Positions 30,837 through 40,089 of a DNA stretch of 64,000 nucleotides are shown here, one piece after another. Origin of the DNA: Lachnospiraceae bacterium (GTDB taxonomy: Bacteria > Bacillota > Clostridia > Lachnospirales > Lachnospiraceae); the NCBI GenBank assembly GCA_017468395.1, contig JAFUIR010000008.1:5980-69979 (forward strand), read 5' to 3'. The notes under the pieces are model-generated. The model saw only the letters and a program-made list of their open reading frames with translations, did no database searches and was not told the DNA's origin. The number at the start of each line of letters is the position of its first letter. Position 1 is the first letter of the stretch. A program made the position numbers and the translations under genes.

Positions 30837-32828
30837 TTATTTTTCATTACGGAATTGATTAGGTGTAATGCCATATTCTTTTTTGAATACACGGTTGAAA
30901 TGTTCTACACTTTCGTATCCTACATTTTCAGCAATGGATTCAATTTTCTGGCTGGTTTCTTTCAATAAACGGCAGGCTTTTTTTAAACGGGCATTTTTTA
31001 CTGCGTCTTGGAAAGTCATGCCGGACTTATCTTTAATATATTTGGAAAGATAAGTTTTGGAAAGATTGAAATGCTCGGCAAGTTCCTCTAAAGTAACATT
31101 TTTATAGTCAGACTGGATGTAATTCATAATATCCACGATGCGCTCTTCGCGTCCTTCAGATACATTCTCGCTCTGGGCAAGTTTGTTAGCAGCGGATACG
31201 AGAGCAGCGATGGAACTCTTAATAATATCCTCGTCTACGCCGACGCCCCAGAAAAGTTTTCCGTCTTTTTTGATGCCCACATAAGAAGCCGCTTTGGAGT
31301 GTGAACCTGTGGAAATAGCATGCTCTTCATAAATGGAAAGTTCGTAGGTAATGCCAAAATAGGTTTTAATGGCATTGCTGACTGCATCCAGACGTCCGTT
31401 ACCGCCAGCGGCAATAGTACGTTTTTCGCCGGACTGCTCAATGATTACCTCTGCCTGAATACCGTCCACTTGTTTGAAGTGACATTCAGGGATGCCAAAT
31501 ACATCGTGCTGATTAATGTATGTTTCTTCAAAAATCTGATAAATATCTGCAGGAGCCAATTCCTGATGGCGGTGGTCGGAAACACCTTTTACAAGGTAGC
31601 CAACTTCTTCACGCATTTTGTCGGGAAGAGTGAAGCCAAAGTTTTGTTTCAGGATAAAGGCAATGCCGCCCTTACCGGACTGGCTGTTAATGCGGATAAC
31701 ATCGGATTCGTATTCTCTGCCAAGATCCTGAGGATCGATAGGAAGATAGGGTACATCCCATCTTTCGCCGCTCTTGCCTTCGTTTCTCCAAGCCATACCT
31801 TTGGAAATGGCATCCTGATGGGAACCGGAGAAAGCAGTGAATACCAGATCACCGGCATAAGGTGCTCTTTCATATACTCTCATGCGGGTCAGATTTTCAT
31901 ATGTTTCACGGATTTTGGCAATGTTGGAAAAATCAAGTTGGGGATCTACGCCATGGCAAACCATGTTCATTGCTACGGTGATAATGTCTACGTTACCGGT
32001 TCTTTCACCGTTTCCGAAAAGAGTACCCTCGATACGGTCTGCGCCGGCAAGTACGCCGAATTCTGCGTCACTGACGCCGCAGCCCCTGTCGTTGTGAGGA
32101 TGGACACTGATGGAAACAGCGTCGCGATATTTCAGGTTTTTATGTATATACTCCACCTGACAGGCGAATACATGAGGCATAGCCACCTGAACAGTGGTGG
32201 GAATATTGATGATGACTTTGTTATCCGGAGTGGGCTGCCATACGTCCAAAACAGCGTTACAAACTTCCAAAGCATAGTCTACTTCTGTGCCGGGGAAACT
32301 TTCCGGACTATATTCAAAGGTAAAGTTACCGTCGGTTTCATCAGCAAGTTTCTTTAAAAGTTTTGCCCCATCAATAGCCAACTGTTTTACTTCTTCTTTG
32401 GATTTTTTAAATACCTGTTCTCTCTGTGCCACGGAAGTAGAGTTGTAAAGGTGAACAATGGCATGGGGTGCACCTTCCAGAGCTTCAAAAGTTCTCTTAA
32501 TAATATGTTCTCTGGCCTGAGTTAAAACCTGAATGGTTACATCTGCAGGAATCATATTCCGCTCAATGAGTGCACGTACAAAATTATATTCAGTTTCGGA
32601 AGAAGCAGGGAAGCCTACTTCAATTTCCTTGAAGCCGATATCTACCAGCATTTGGAAAAACTCCAGTTTTTCTTCCAAACTCATGGGCTCGATTAATGCC
32701 TGATTTCCGTCGCGAAGGTCTACGCTGCACCAGATAGGAGCCTTGTCGATGGTTTCTTTCTGAACCCAGTCATAGGTTACAACAGGCGGCATAAAATAAG
32801 GTTTCACATACTTTTCTTTGATATTCAT
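30837..32828 (-). CDS. leuA: 2-isopropylmalate synthase (LeuA2 type) fused to a C-terminal AraC HTH domain
   Basis: [28 protein letters not shown], intact regulatory domain, then in frame [11 protein letters not shown]...[33 protein letters not shown] before ATG at 32828. Confidence 0.95.
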   Translation of the reverse strand: MNIKEKYVKPYFMPPVVTYDWVQKETIDKAPIWCSVDLRDGNQALIEPMSLEEKLEFFQMLVDIGFKEIEVGFPASSETEYNFVRALIERNMIPADVTIQVLTQAREHIIKRTFEALEGAPHAIVHLYNSTSVAQREQVFKKSKEEVKQLAIDGAKLLKKLADETDGNFTFEYSPESFPGTEVDYALEVCNAVLDVWQPTPDNKVIINIPTTVQVAMPHVFACQVEYIHKNLKYRDAVSISVHPHNDRGCGVSDAEFGVLAGADRIEGTLFGNGERTGNVDIITVAMNMVCHGVDPQLDFSNIAKIRETYENLTRMRVYERAPYAGDLVFTAFSGSHQDAISKGMAWRNEGKSGERWDVPYLPIDPQDLGREYESDVIRINSQSGKGGIAFILKQNFGFTLPDKMREEVGYLVKGVSDHRHQELAPADIYQIFEETYINQHDVFGIPECHFKQVDGIQAEVIIEQSGEKRTIAAGGNGRLDAVSNAIKTYFGITYELSIYEEHAISTGSHSKAASYVGIKKDGKLFWGVGVDEDIIKSSIAALVSAANKLAQSENVSEGREERIVDIMNYIQSDYKNVTLEELAEHFNLSKTYLSKYIKDKSGMTFQDAVKNARLKKACRLLKETSQKIESIAENVGYESVEHFNRVFKKEYGITPNQFRNEK

Positions 32829-32841
32829 ATTACCCTCCATT

Positions 32842-33125
32842 AAAAAAGTCCCTACAAAAATGTAAACTAACATTTTTATAGAGACGCAAACTACGTTTAC
32901 GCGGTACCACTCTATTTCGTGATGGTCATCACGCTCTCATCGGCACTTATATGCCTAAGCCCTTTTACGGCGGCAAGTCCGTCTGTACTTACTGGGATAT
33001 CCAAACACCGGAAATCCGTTGGGCCAGCAGCTCCAAGGCCAGTTCACCATTTACATCTGACTGCCTTGCACCAACCGGCAGTTCTCTGTTGTCCAGCAAA
33101 TCGCTACTATTCCTCTTCAACGCAT
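32842..33125 (-). ncRNA. T-box riboswitch, Leu (CUG specifier)
   Basis: Minus strand: AGUA motif, AGAGA...GGUG distal loop, GAA-CUG specifier (33040-33042), T-box AGAGUGGUACCGCG, terminator GUCUCUAUAAAAAUG/CAUUUUUGUAGGGAC plus U run. Confidence 0.9.
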
Positions 33126-33239
33126 TTCTTATTCATTTTTGTAAATAGTACCATAGTTTTGTATAAGAAGCAATAGGTAAAATGAAAATTTATCAATTTT
33201 ATTGATTTATTTTGCTTTTAAAAAGGATAGGTGCGTGTA

Positions 33240-33872
33240 TTATTCGTTCATAAGTTGTGCCAGTTTGCCCAGCAGTTCCAGTTTCTCTGACAGAGAAAGG
33301 GTGTCTAAATACTCCAAAAGTTTTTCCTGCAGAAAAGTACCGTCTTTTAAAGATTCTTCTGTGACAACAATATCTTCGTCTCCAAGGAAATCAGAGATTT
33401 CTTCTACGGTGATATTAAGTGCATCTAAGGTTTCCTGATAATTTTCCAACACGGAAATTAGCGTTTCATGGTCAATAGTGATAGTATCGATTCCCTGACT
33501 TTCCGCATCACTTTGGGGTTTTGTGGGAGAGGAATCTTCCTCAATCTTTGTTTTGCTTTCCGGCACGGTCCCGGTCTTGGTTTCCGGCACAACTTTTGTT
33601 TCTGCTTCCGGTGCAGGCAATACCTGTGATACAGCTTCACTTTTAGGAGTGACTTCAGACTTAGGGGCTGTTTCCACTTCAGGCAATGCATTAACTTCTC
33701 TTTCTGCCTTGATTTCTTCGTCCATAACAATGTTCGGTACAGTTTCCGGTTCTGCTGTCATTTCTGTTTCAATTTCGACGGGGGTATCTGAAAGTTTGTC
33801 TTCTTTTTTTCCGCAGGCGCTAATGGTAAATACTGATATAATTAATAAACACAATAATACTATTTTCTTCAT
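33240..33872 (-). CDS. Hypothetical lipoprotein with Pro/Glu/Thr-rich linker
   Basis: MKK...ISAC lipobox; low-complexity middle; acidic helical C-terminus. Confidence 0.75.
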   Translation of the reverse strand: MKKIVLLCLLIISVFTISACGKKEDKLSDTPVEIETEMTAEPETVPNIVMDEEIKAEREVNALPEVETAPKSEVTPKSEAVSQVLPAPEAETKVVPETKTGTVPESKTKIEEDSSPTKPQSDAESQGIDTITIDHETLISVLENYQETLDALNITVEEISDFLGDEDIVVTEESLKDGTFLQEKLLEYLDTLSLSEKLELLGKLAQLMNE

Positions 33873-33977
33873 AAAAAACCTCTCCATTTTGTATTCCTCT
33901 TATTTATGTTATGAGACAAGAGAGGCTTTTATTCTTGTTTGGTAATGAAAGTAGAAAATAGCCCGAAATTTATTTAT

Positions 33978-34009
33978 AAAAAAGCGGATACTCCATGAAT
34001 ACCCGCTTT
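33978..34009 (-). terminator. Terminator after tRNA-Pro
   Basis: AAAGCGGGTATTC...GAGTATCCGCTTTTTT on the minus strand. Confidence 0.8.
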
Positions 34010-34012
34010 CCG

Positions 34013-34086
<74 letters not shown>

Positions 34087-34234
34087 CAATATGAACCGGT
34101 CAAAACCGGCAACAGTAAGATAATACACTACGGGCAAAAGAATGTCAAGATTTTTGCAACTGATAGTGGAAAGTTAAGGAAAAGAGAAGTAAAATGAAAG
34201 GTAGTTAACATAGAAAGAAAGGAACAGACAGCAA

Positions 34235-35437
34235 ATGTATAACGCTATCGTTACACTTAAAAAAGGAGAGGGTCGCACCATTAAAGCGGGCGGTGCCTGG
34301 GTGTATGACAATGAAATTTCCAGTATTATGGGCAGTTTTGAGGATGGAGATATTGTCACAGTGCAGGATTTTGACGGATATTTTATGGGATATGGATTTA
34401 TTAACAGAAAGTCCAAGATTACCATTCGCCTTATGTCACGCAAGAAGGATGCGGTTATTGATGAAAACTTTATCCGCATGCGTGTAAAAAATGCGTGGGA
34501 ATACCGTAAGCAGACCATTGATACTTCCAGTTGCAGGGTAATTTTCGGGGAGGCGGATTTCTTACCGGGAATTGTGGTGGACAAGTTTTCGGATGTGCTT
34601 GTGGTGGAGTCCCTGGCGCTTGGTATTGATAAGTGGAAACTTACTATATTAAATTGCTTGAAGGAAGTGTTGGCCGAGGATGGAATTGAAATCCGCGGTA
34701 TTTATGAGAGAAGTGATGCAAAGGTGCGTTTGCAAGAAGGAATGGAAAGGGTAAAAGGATTTATCGGCGAGCCCTTCGATACAAAAGTGGAAATTGTGGA
34801 AAACGGCGTCCATTATATGGTGGATGTGGAAGACGGGCAGAAAACCGGATTTTTCCTGGACCAGAAAAACAACCGCGCATCTATTCAAAAGATTTGCAAA
34901 GGAAAGAAGGTTTTGGATTGCTTTACCCATACGGGCTCCTTTGCTTTAAATGCGGGTATTGCCGGAGCGGAAAGTGTGCTGGGCGTGGATGCTTCCGAAC
35001 TTGGAGTGGAGCAGGCAAGAGAAAATGCAAGACTGAACGGTTTGGAAGGAAAGGTGCAGTTTGTATGTGCTGATGTGTTTGATTTACTTCCGCAGTTGGA
35101 GGAAAAGGGAGAAAAGTTTGATGTGGTCATTTTGGACCCGCCGGCTTTTACTAAGTCCAGAAGTTCTATAAAAAATGCAGTAAAGGGCTACCGTGAAATT
35201 AATCTGCGGGGACTTAAACTGGTAAAAGAGGGTGGTTTTTTGGCAACTTGTTCCTGCTCGCATTTTATGGACCCGGATTTGTTCCAAAAGACAATTCAGG
35301 AGGCTGCAAGGGGAGCACATAAAAGGCTGCGTCAGGTAGAATTCCGCACTCAGGCCTGTGACCATCCCATTTTGTGGGCGGCAGACCAGTCTTACTATTT
35401 AAAATTTTACATTTTCCAAGTTTGCTCAGAGATGTAA
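34235..35437 (+). CDS. rlmI: 23S rRNA m5C methyltransferase, RlmI/YwbD-like
   Basis: N-terminal PUA domain, GQKTGFFLDQ, VILDPPAF, TCSCS. Confidence 0.85.
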   Translation: MYNAIVTLKKGEGRTIKAGGAWVYDNEISSIMGSFEDGDIVTVQDFDGYFMGYGFINRKSKITIRLMSRKKDAVIDENFIRMRVKNAWEYRKQTIDTSSCRVIFGEADFLPGIVVDKFSDVLVVESLALGIDKWKLTILNCLKEVLAEDGIEIRGIYERSDAKVRLQEGMERVKGFIGEPFDTKVEIVENGVHYMVDVEDGQKTGFFLDQKNNRASIQKICKGKKVLDCFTHTGSFALNAGIAGAESVLGVDASELGVEQARENARLNGLEGKVQFVCADVFDLLPQLEEKGEKFDVVILDPPAFTKSRSSIKNAVKGYREINLRGLKLVKEGGFLATCSCSHFMDPDLFQKTIQEAARGAHKRLRQVEFRTQACDHPILWAADQSYYLKFYIFQVCSEM

Positions 35438-35452
35438 TGTGGAGGGAAAAGG

Positions 35453-36496
35453 ATGAAATTTTATGATATTACGCAGGAGCCAATTAAAATATATGGGTTA
35501 TCTGTTGTAGATGGAAAAGAGCGTAAATTTTGGAGACTTCCGGGGGAAATGATGGAGAAGATGCCCGGGCTGGATTATTTGGGAAAACGTTGCACCGGCG
35601 GCAGAGTCAGATTTTGCACGGATGCTGCCGAGTTTGTGATCCGTATGACCTTGAAAGAGGCGGCGGAGGATATAAACTTTCCTACTGCCGGTTCTGCGGG
35701 GGCGGATGTGTACTTCGGAAGGGGAACGGAGTCTGTCTATGGCGGTTATATTGCGCCGTGGAATCATTCTCAGGAGGAAATTACCATAGAGAAAACTTTT
35801 TTTAAGCCGGCGGGAATGGAAAATGTGACTATTAATTTGCCCAGAAGCGACCATTTGCTTGGAATGGAAATCGGATTGCCGGAGGATGCGGTACTTGCGC
35901 CGCCGGAGGAATATACTTTGCAGGCGCCCATAATTTACTATGGTTCATCCATTACAGAGGGAGGGTGCGTCAGCAGAGTGGGCTGTGCATACACCAGTAT
36001 TTTAAGCCGTTGGCTGGATGCGGATTATCGTAACTATGGTTTTTCGGGATGTGCCAAAGGGGAAGAAGAGTTTGCCCGGTTTTTGGCAGAGCATAAGGAG
36101 ATTTCGGCTTTTGTTTATGACTATGACCACAATACCCCCAGCATAGACCATTTGCAGGCAACCCATGAAAAATTCTTTGAAATTTTCCGGAAGGCTCATC
36201 CGGGTGTACCGGTTTTGATGTTGTCCAGACCGGATGTAGATCCTTACACCGATGATATTCAGCAGTTGCGGGATATTGTTTGCCGGACTTATCAAAATGC
36301 CCGTGCAAAAGGCGATAAGAATGTGTATTTCATTGACGGCAGACAGTACTTCGGAGATTTGGGAAGAGCTGAGTGCACGATTGATGGTGTGCATCCTACG
36401 GCACTGGGGATGATGCGTATGGCAGAAACCATATATCCTGTGTTGAGAAAAATGTGCTATCCTGCTAAAAGTGCAGAGATATCCCCTTTTTGCTAA
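35453..36496 (+). CDS. SGNH/GDSL hydrolase with N-terminal beta domain
   Basis: YGSSITEG, GFSG, DYDHN, DGVHP. Confidence 0.85.
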   Translation: MKFYDITQEPIKIYGLSVVDGKERKFWRLPGEMMEKMPGLDYLGKRCTGGRVRFCTDAAEFVIRMTLKEAAEDINFPTAGSAGADVYFGRGTESVYGGYIAPWNHSQEEITIEKTFFKPAGMENVTINLPRSDHLLGMEIGLPEDAVLAPPEEYTLQAPIIYYGSSITEGGCVSRVGCAYTSILSRWLDADYRNYGFSGCAKGEEEFARFLAEHKEISAFVYDYDHNTPSIDHLQATHEKFFEIFRKAHPGVPVLMLSRPDVDPYTDDIQQLRDIVCRTYQNARAKGDKNVYFIDGRQYFGDLGRAECTIDGVHPTALGMMRMAETIYPVLRKMCYPAKSAEISPFC

Positions 36497-36515
36497 AAAT
36501 TTCTTGAAAAAGTTA

Positions 36516-36573
36516 TTGACTTTTGAAATGAATATGATATATTTCTAAATGCAAATGCTTAGCATTTGCATTT
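36516..36573 (+). promoter_or_regulatory. Sigma-A promoter plus a perfect 13-1-13 operator (probable Fur/Zur-family site)
   Basis: TTGACT-N16-TATATT with TG extension; AAATGCAAATGCT-T-AGCATTTGCATTT at 36547-36573. Confidence 0.75.
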
Positions 36574-36626
36574 TCATTTGCGAATTTCCGGTATGAAAAC
36601 CGAAGGAAAACATAGGAGGAACCCTC

Positions 36627-37478
36627 GTGTTTGAAATTATTGAACATACTTTATTAGATGCTGTTAGTTTGGTGCCGTTCTTATTTTTAACATATTTGGT
36701 AATGGAGTGGCTGGAACATAAAGCAGGAAAGAAAGCACAGAAGTTTATGGAAAAAAGCGGTCAGTACGGGCCGGTTTGGGGAAGCGTACTCGGCGCCATT
36801 CCCCAGTGCGGATTTTCCGCAGCCGCAGCCAATTTGTATGCCGGACGTGTTATTACCATGGGTACGCTGGTTGCAATTTATCTTTCCACTTCTGATGAGA
36901 TGATTCCCATTATGATTTCGGAAGCGGTAGATCCTGTAACAATTGTGAAGATTGTAGCTTTAAAGATTGTGATTGGTATGGCTGCCGGTTTGCTGTTGGA
37001 TTTTATGTTGCCGGATAAACACGACGAGCATAATCATATTCATGAGATGTGTGAACATGAGCATTGTCATTGTGGGGAAGGCAAGGGCATTGTACGCTCT
37101 GCCATTACTCATACATTGAAGATTACGGTATTTATTTTACTGATTACTTTTATTTTGAATCTTATCCTACACAACGGCGGCGAGGATGTGATAGCTGACT
37201 TCCTTATGAATAAACCCGTAATCGGCCCTTTGGTTGCAGGCATTGTGGGATTAATTCCAAACTGTGTTTCTTCTGTGGTTATTACAAGATTGTACATAGA
37301 AGGTGCAATGAGTTTTGGCGCGCTGATGTCAGGTTTACTTGTGAATGCGGGTGTAGGTATGCTGGTGCTGCTTCGTTCTAATGCGGACAGAAAGGAAGCG
37401 CTCAAAATTATAGGTATTGCGTGTGGTATAGGTATGGTTGCAGGTATTATTATCGATTTCATGCAGGTAGCGTTTTAA
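36627..37478 (+). CDS. Putative divalent-metal (Mn/Zn/Co) transporter, ArsP_2/DUF2899-like, with His-rich loop
   Basis: PQCGFS, LSTSDE and PNCVSS motifs; DKHDEHNHIHEMCEHEHCHC loop; GTG start with GGAGG RBS. Confidence 0.8.
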   Translation: MFEIIEHTLLDAVSLVPFLFLTYLVMEWLEHKAGKKAQKFMEKSGQYGPVWGSVLGAIPQCGFSAAAANLYAGRVITMGTLVAIYLSTSDEMIPIMISEAVDPVTIVKIVALKIVIGMAAGLLLDFMLPDKHDEHNHIHEMCEHEHCHCGEGKGIVRSAITHTLKITVFILLITFILNLILHNGGEDVIADFLMNKPVIGPLVAGIVGLIPNCVSSVVITRLYIEGAMSFGALMSGLLVNAGVGMLVLLRSNADRKEALKIIGIACGIGMVAGIIIDFMQVAF

Positions 37479-37492
37479 AGAGGAGATTTACA

Positions 37493-37930
37493 ATGCACAA
37501 TCATGTGTGTGATACAACAACTTCATATCCTGCGGGGATGAAATGGACCAAACAGCGTAAAGATGTCTATCATGTGTTGGCTCATGCCCACGAGCCTATG
37601 AGTGCGGTTCAGATTTATCAGCAGATAGAAAAGGAAGAGAGTGCAGGATATGCGCTTTCCACAATTTATCGGATTTTAACAGCTTTTGAGGAAAAAGGCT
37701 ATGTGTCCAAATCCACTTTTATGGGAGATGGAACAGTCGTTTATGAATGGAACAAAGGCGAGCATACCCATTACGCTCTTTGCCTTTCCTGCCATAAGAG
37801 GGTGGCGCTTCCGTCTTGCCCCTTTGAGCATGTGCATTTGGAAAGCGATGCCGGAGATTTTACTGTAACGGGACATAAACTGGAACTTTACGGGTACTGT
37901 AAAGACTGCGAAAAGCAGAAACTGTCGTAA
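37493..37930 (+). CDS. Fur family regulator (Zur/PerR-like, two CxxC)
   Basis: KWTKQR, STIYRIL, HTHYALCLSC, GYCKDC. Confidence 0.92.
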   Translation: MHNHVCDTTTSYPAGMKWTKQRKDVYHVLAHAHEPMSAVQIYQQIEKEESAGYALSTIYRILTAFEEKGYVSKSTFMGDGTVVYEWNKGEHTHYALCLSCHKRVALPSCPFEHVHLESDAGDFTVTGHKLELYGYCKDCEKQKLS

Positions 37931-37965
37931 ATGTAGAAAGTTTTTCAATTTTTGCAAAAAACCCC

Positions 37966-37994
37966 TTGCAAATGAAAACACTATGTACTATAAT
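37966..37994 (+). promoter_or_regulatory. Sigma-A promoter of tRNA-Lys
   Basis: TTGCAA-N17-TATAAT. Confidence 0.75.
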
Positions 37995-38026
37995 AACTTT
38001 TGCGTTGTAAAACGCTTTATATATAT

Positions 38027-38099
38027 GCGCCTCTAGCTCAGTTGGTAGAGCACCTGACTCTTAATCAGGGTGTCCAGGGTTCGAACCCCTGGAGGCGCA
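38027..38099 (+). tRNA. tRNA-Lys(CTT), CCA not encoded
   Basis: GCGCCTC/GAGGCGC acceptor stem, anticodon arm CCTGA-CTCTTAA-TCAGG, GGTTCGAACCC. Confidence 0.97.
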
Positions 38100-38104
38100 C
38101 TTCG

Positions 38105-38152
38105 AAGAACTGTTTTTGAGGACATAGGAGCCTTGGGGACGGTTCTTTTTTT
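38105..38152 (+). terminator. Terminator after tRNA-Lys
   Basis: AAGAACTGT...ACGGTTCTT followed by a T run. Confidence 0.7.
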
Positions 38153-38162
38153 CACGTTTGGC

Positions 38163-38330
38163 TGAAGCCGTGCAACGAAATAGGCATGTGCACTTCGAGG
38201 GAGTTTGCTCACAGAGAAGTGCACATGCCTGTTTTGTTATAGGGCGAAGCCCGTGACCTCGCGACTTTGTCGCGAGGTGTACGGCTTCATTGATGCAAAT
38301 GACTCTTGTTGCTTACTTCGGTAGCCGCCT
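38163..38330 (+). repeat. Nested multi-hairpin element (REP/MITE-like or ncRNA)
   Basis: A 12-bp closing stem encloses three hairpins (22-bp stem, GGGCGAAGCCC, CCTCGCGAC-TTT-GTCGCGAGG); a cUUCGg hairpin lies downstream. Confidence 0.65.
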
Positions 38331-38340
38331 TAAAATTTAC

Positions 38341-38398
38341 TTGACAACAAATGGGTAATATGTTACCATTTATCCCAAGAAAGGTAACATGTTACCTT
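38341..38398 (+). promoter_or_regulatory. marR promoter with two palindromic operators
   Basis: TTGACA-N17-TACCAT; GGTAATATGTTACC (38354-67) and perfect AAGGTAACATGTTACCTT (38381-98). Confidence 0.75.
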
Positions 38399-38411
38399 GT
38401 TGGAGGTGCCT

Positions 38412-38882
38412 ATGAATTTTGATGAAGTTATGAAACATGAGAATATAGACTTTAGCGGTATAGAAACGTCTTATTTTCTCTTAGGATTACTTAGCGCATT
38501 TGACAACCGGTTTCAGGCGGTGGCAGATAAACTCATTGGGGAAATCAGTTGGAAACAGTTTTTTGCAATTATTTGCATTAATCTCTGTAAAGAAAGCCCC
38601 ACTATAAAGGAACTGGCGGCAATCATGGGTAGTTCCCATCAAAATGTAAAACAAATTCTCTTAAAACTTGAGAAAAAAGGTTTTGTGGCTATATCCGTAG
38701 ACCGGGAGGACAAGAGAAAACAAAGGGTTGAACTTACGCAGAAATGCTTGGAGTTTTGTAATGAGAATGACGGGAAAAGTAATATGGCAGTTACTGCCAT
38801 GTTTGCAGGCATTTCAGAAGAACAACTTCGCATAACAATACAGACGATTATGCAGATGGAAGATAATTTAAAAAAATTGTAA
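38412..38882 (+). CDS. MarR family regulator
   Basis: SWKQF, TIKELA, SHQNVKQILLKLEKKGFV, DKR. Confidence 0.9.
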   Translation: MNFDEVMKHENIDFSGIETSYFLLGLLSAFDNRFQAVADKLIGEISWKQFFAIICINLCKESPTIKELAAIMGSSHQNVKQILLKLEKKGFVAISVDREDKRKQRVELTQKCLEFCNENDGKSNMAVTAMFAGISEEQLRITIQTIMQMEDNLKKL

Positions 38883-38892
38883 GGAGATTACC

Positions 38893-39420
38893 ATGGGAAA
38901 AGGGATTATTTTATATCAATCAAAATATGGCGCCACGAAGAAATACGCAGAGTGGTTGAAGGAAGCAACTCAGTTTGATTGCATAGAGACGAAGAGCGCC
39001 GACATTAAAAAAGTGCAGGAATATGATGTGATTATTCTTGGCGGCGGTGTTTATGCATCCGGAATTGCAGGGCTGTCATTTTTGAAAAAGAACATACAAA
39101 ATTTAAAAGATAAGAAAATTGCAGTATTTTGCGTAGGCGCATCTCCCTACGATGAAGATGCACTGGCAGAAGGGTATAAACATAACTTTAAAGAAGCACT
39201 TCAAGGGCTTCCTTGTTTTTATTGTCGCGGTGCATGGAATGAAGATGCCATGTCTTTTACAGACAGAACGTTATGCAAGATGCTTAAGAAAGCAGTTGCG
39301 AAGCAGGACCCGTCCACATATGAACCATGGCAAAAGGCATTGATGAGTGCAGTGGGACAAAATTGCGATTGGACGGACAGAAAATATATCGCGCCCATAT
39401 TAGAGTACATAAAAGAATAA
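38893..39420 (+). CDS. Flavodoxin-domain protein (Flavodoxin_5/HemG-like)
   Basis: YQSKYGATKKYAEW, GGGVYA, FCVG, DWTD. Confidence 0.88.
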   Translation: MGKGIILYQSKYGATKKYAEWLKEATQFDCIETKSADIKKVQEYDVIILGGGVYASGIAGLSFLKKNIQNLKDKKIAVFCVGASPYDEDALAEGYKHNFKEALQGLPCFYCRGAWNEDAMSFTDRTLCKMLKKAVAKQDPSTYEPWQKALMSAVGQNCDWTDRKYIAPILEYIKE

Positions 39421-39443
39421 GATTGTTGTTTTGCAAAAACGAA

Positions 39444-39472
39444 TTGACGAATAAAAATAAATGTGATAATAT
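39444..39472 (+). promoter_or_regulatory. Sigma-A-like promoter upstream of the Rpn-like fragment
   Basis: TTGACG-N17-TAATAT with TG extension. Confidence 0.5.
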
Positions 39473-39567
39473 ACACCCAAAGCATAAATTTCTAGTATTC
39501 TTATGTATGAAAATACATTGTACACATAGGTGTAGTTCTATTTAAGCCGTTCGGCGTTCTGAAATCA

Positions 39568-40008
39568 ATGCTTTTAATCCCAAAACGAAAAGAAAAGCAG
39601 GAGTTCAGAAAGCCAAATGCGGATAAGGTGCGAAGTTATGCAAAGAAAATGGAACTGGAATTGGCAGTGGAGTTGGCAATCGAAGACTGTATTGCAGAAA
39701 ATGTTTTGAGGGATTTTCTGGTGTCGCAGAGAGCGGAGGTAACTATGGTAAGTATTTTCGAGTATGATGAAGAGCGGGAATTGAGACTTATTAGAGAAGA
39801 CGAACGAGAAATTGGAAGAGAAATCGGAAGACAGGAAATGCAGGAAGAAAACCGGAAAGTACAAGCAGAACACATAAAGTCTGTAATTTCCCTATGCAGG
39901 GAGTTTGGTTGCAATGATGAGCAGATTGTAGAGAAACTGATGGAGCAGTGCCATCTGAGCAAAGAAGAAGCCAAAACAGTCATCAAAGCGTTCATAGGCT
40001 GCCAATAA
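39568..40008 (+). pseudogene. N-terminally truncated Rpn/PD-(D/E)XK-family remnant with an internal RBS+ATG (39745..40008, 87 aa)
   Basis: AIEDCIAENVLRDFL...RAEV..SIFEYDEE...EREIGREIG is typical of such C-termini; nuclease domain absent; GGAGGT at 39735-40 precedes an in-frame ATG at 39745. Confidence 0.6.
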
Positions 40009-40014
40009 GAGAGA

Positions 40015-40054
40015 AGTCCCATCACTTTGGAGTTAGAAGTGATGGGACTGTTTT
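40015..40054. terminator. Terminator between convergent genes
   Basis: AGTCCCATCACTT-N9-AAGTGATGGGACT. Confidence 0.8.
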
Positions 40055-40089
40055 GTGTTGTCAATTATTAGGTTATAAATTGTTGAAGC

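Noticed and set aside
31320-32357. 345-aa plus-strand ORF
   Set aside because: Antisense shadow of leuA; no RBS or recognisable motifs; long antisense frames are common opposite conserved genes
38027-38099. tRNA-Lys as attachment site of an integrated element
   Set aside because: No integrase and no duplicated tRNA 3' end seen downstream; the GGAGGCGCA match near 2471 is an RBS coincidence
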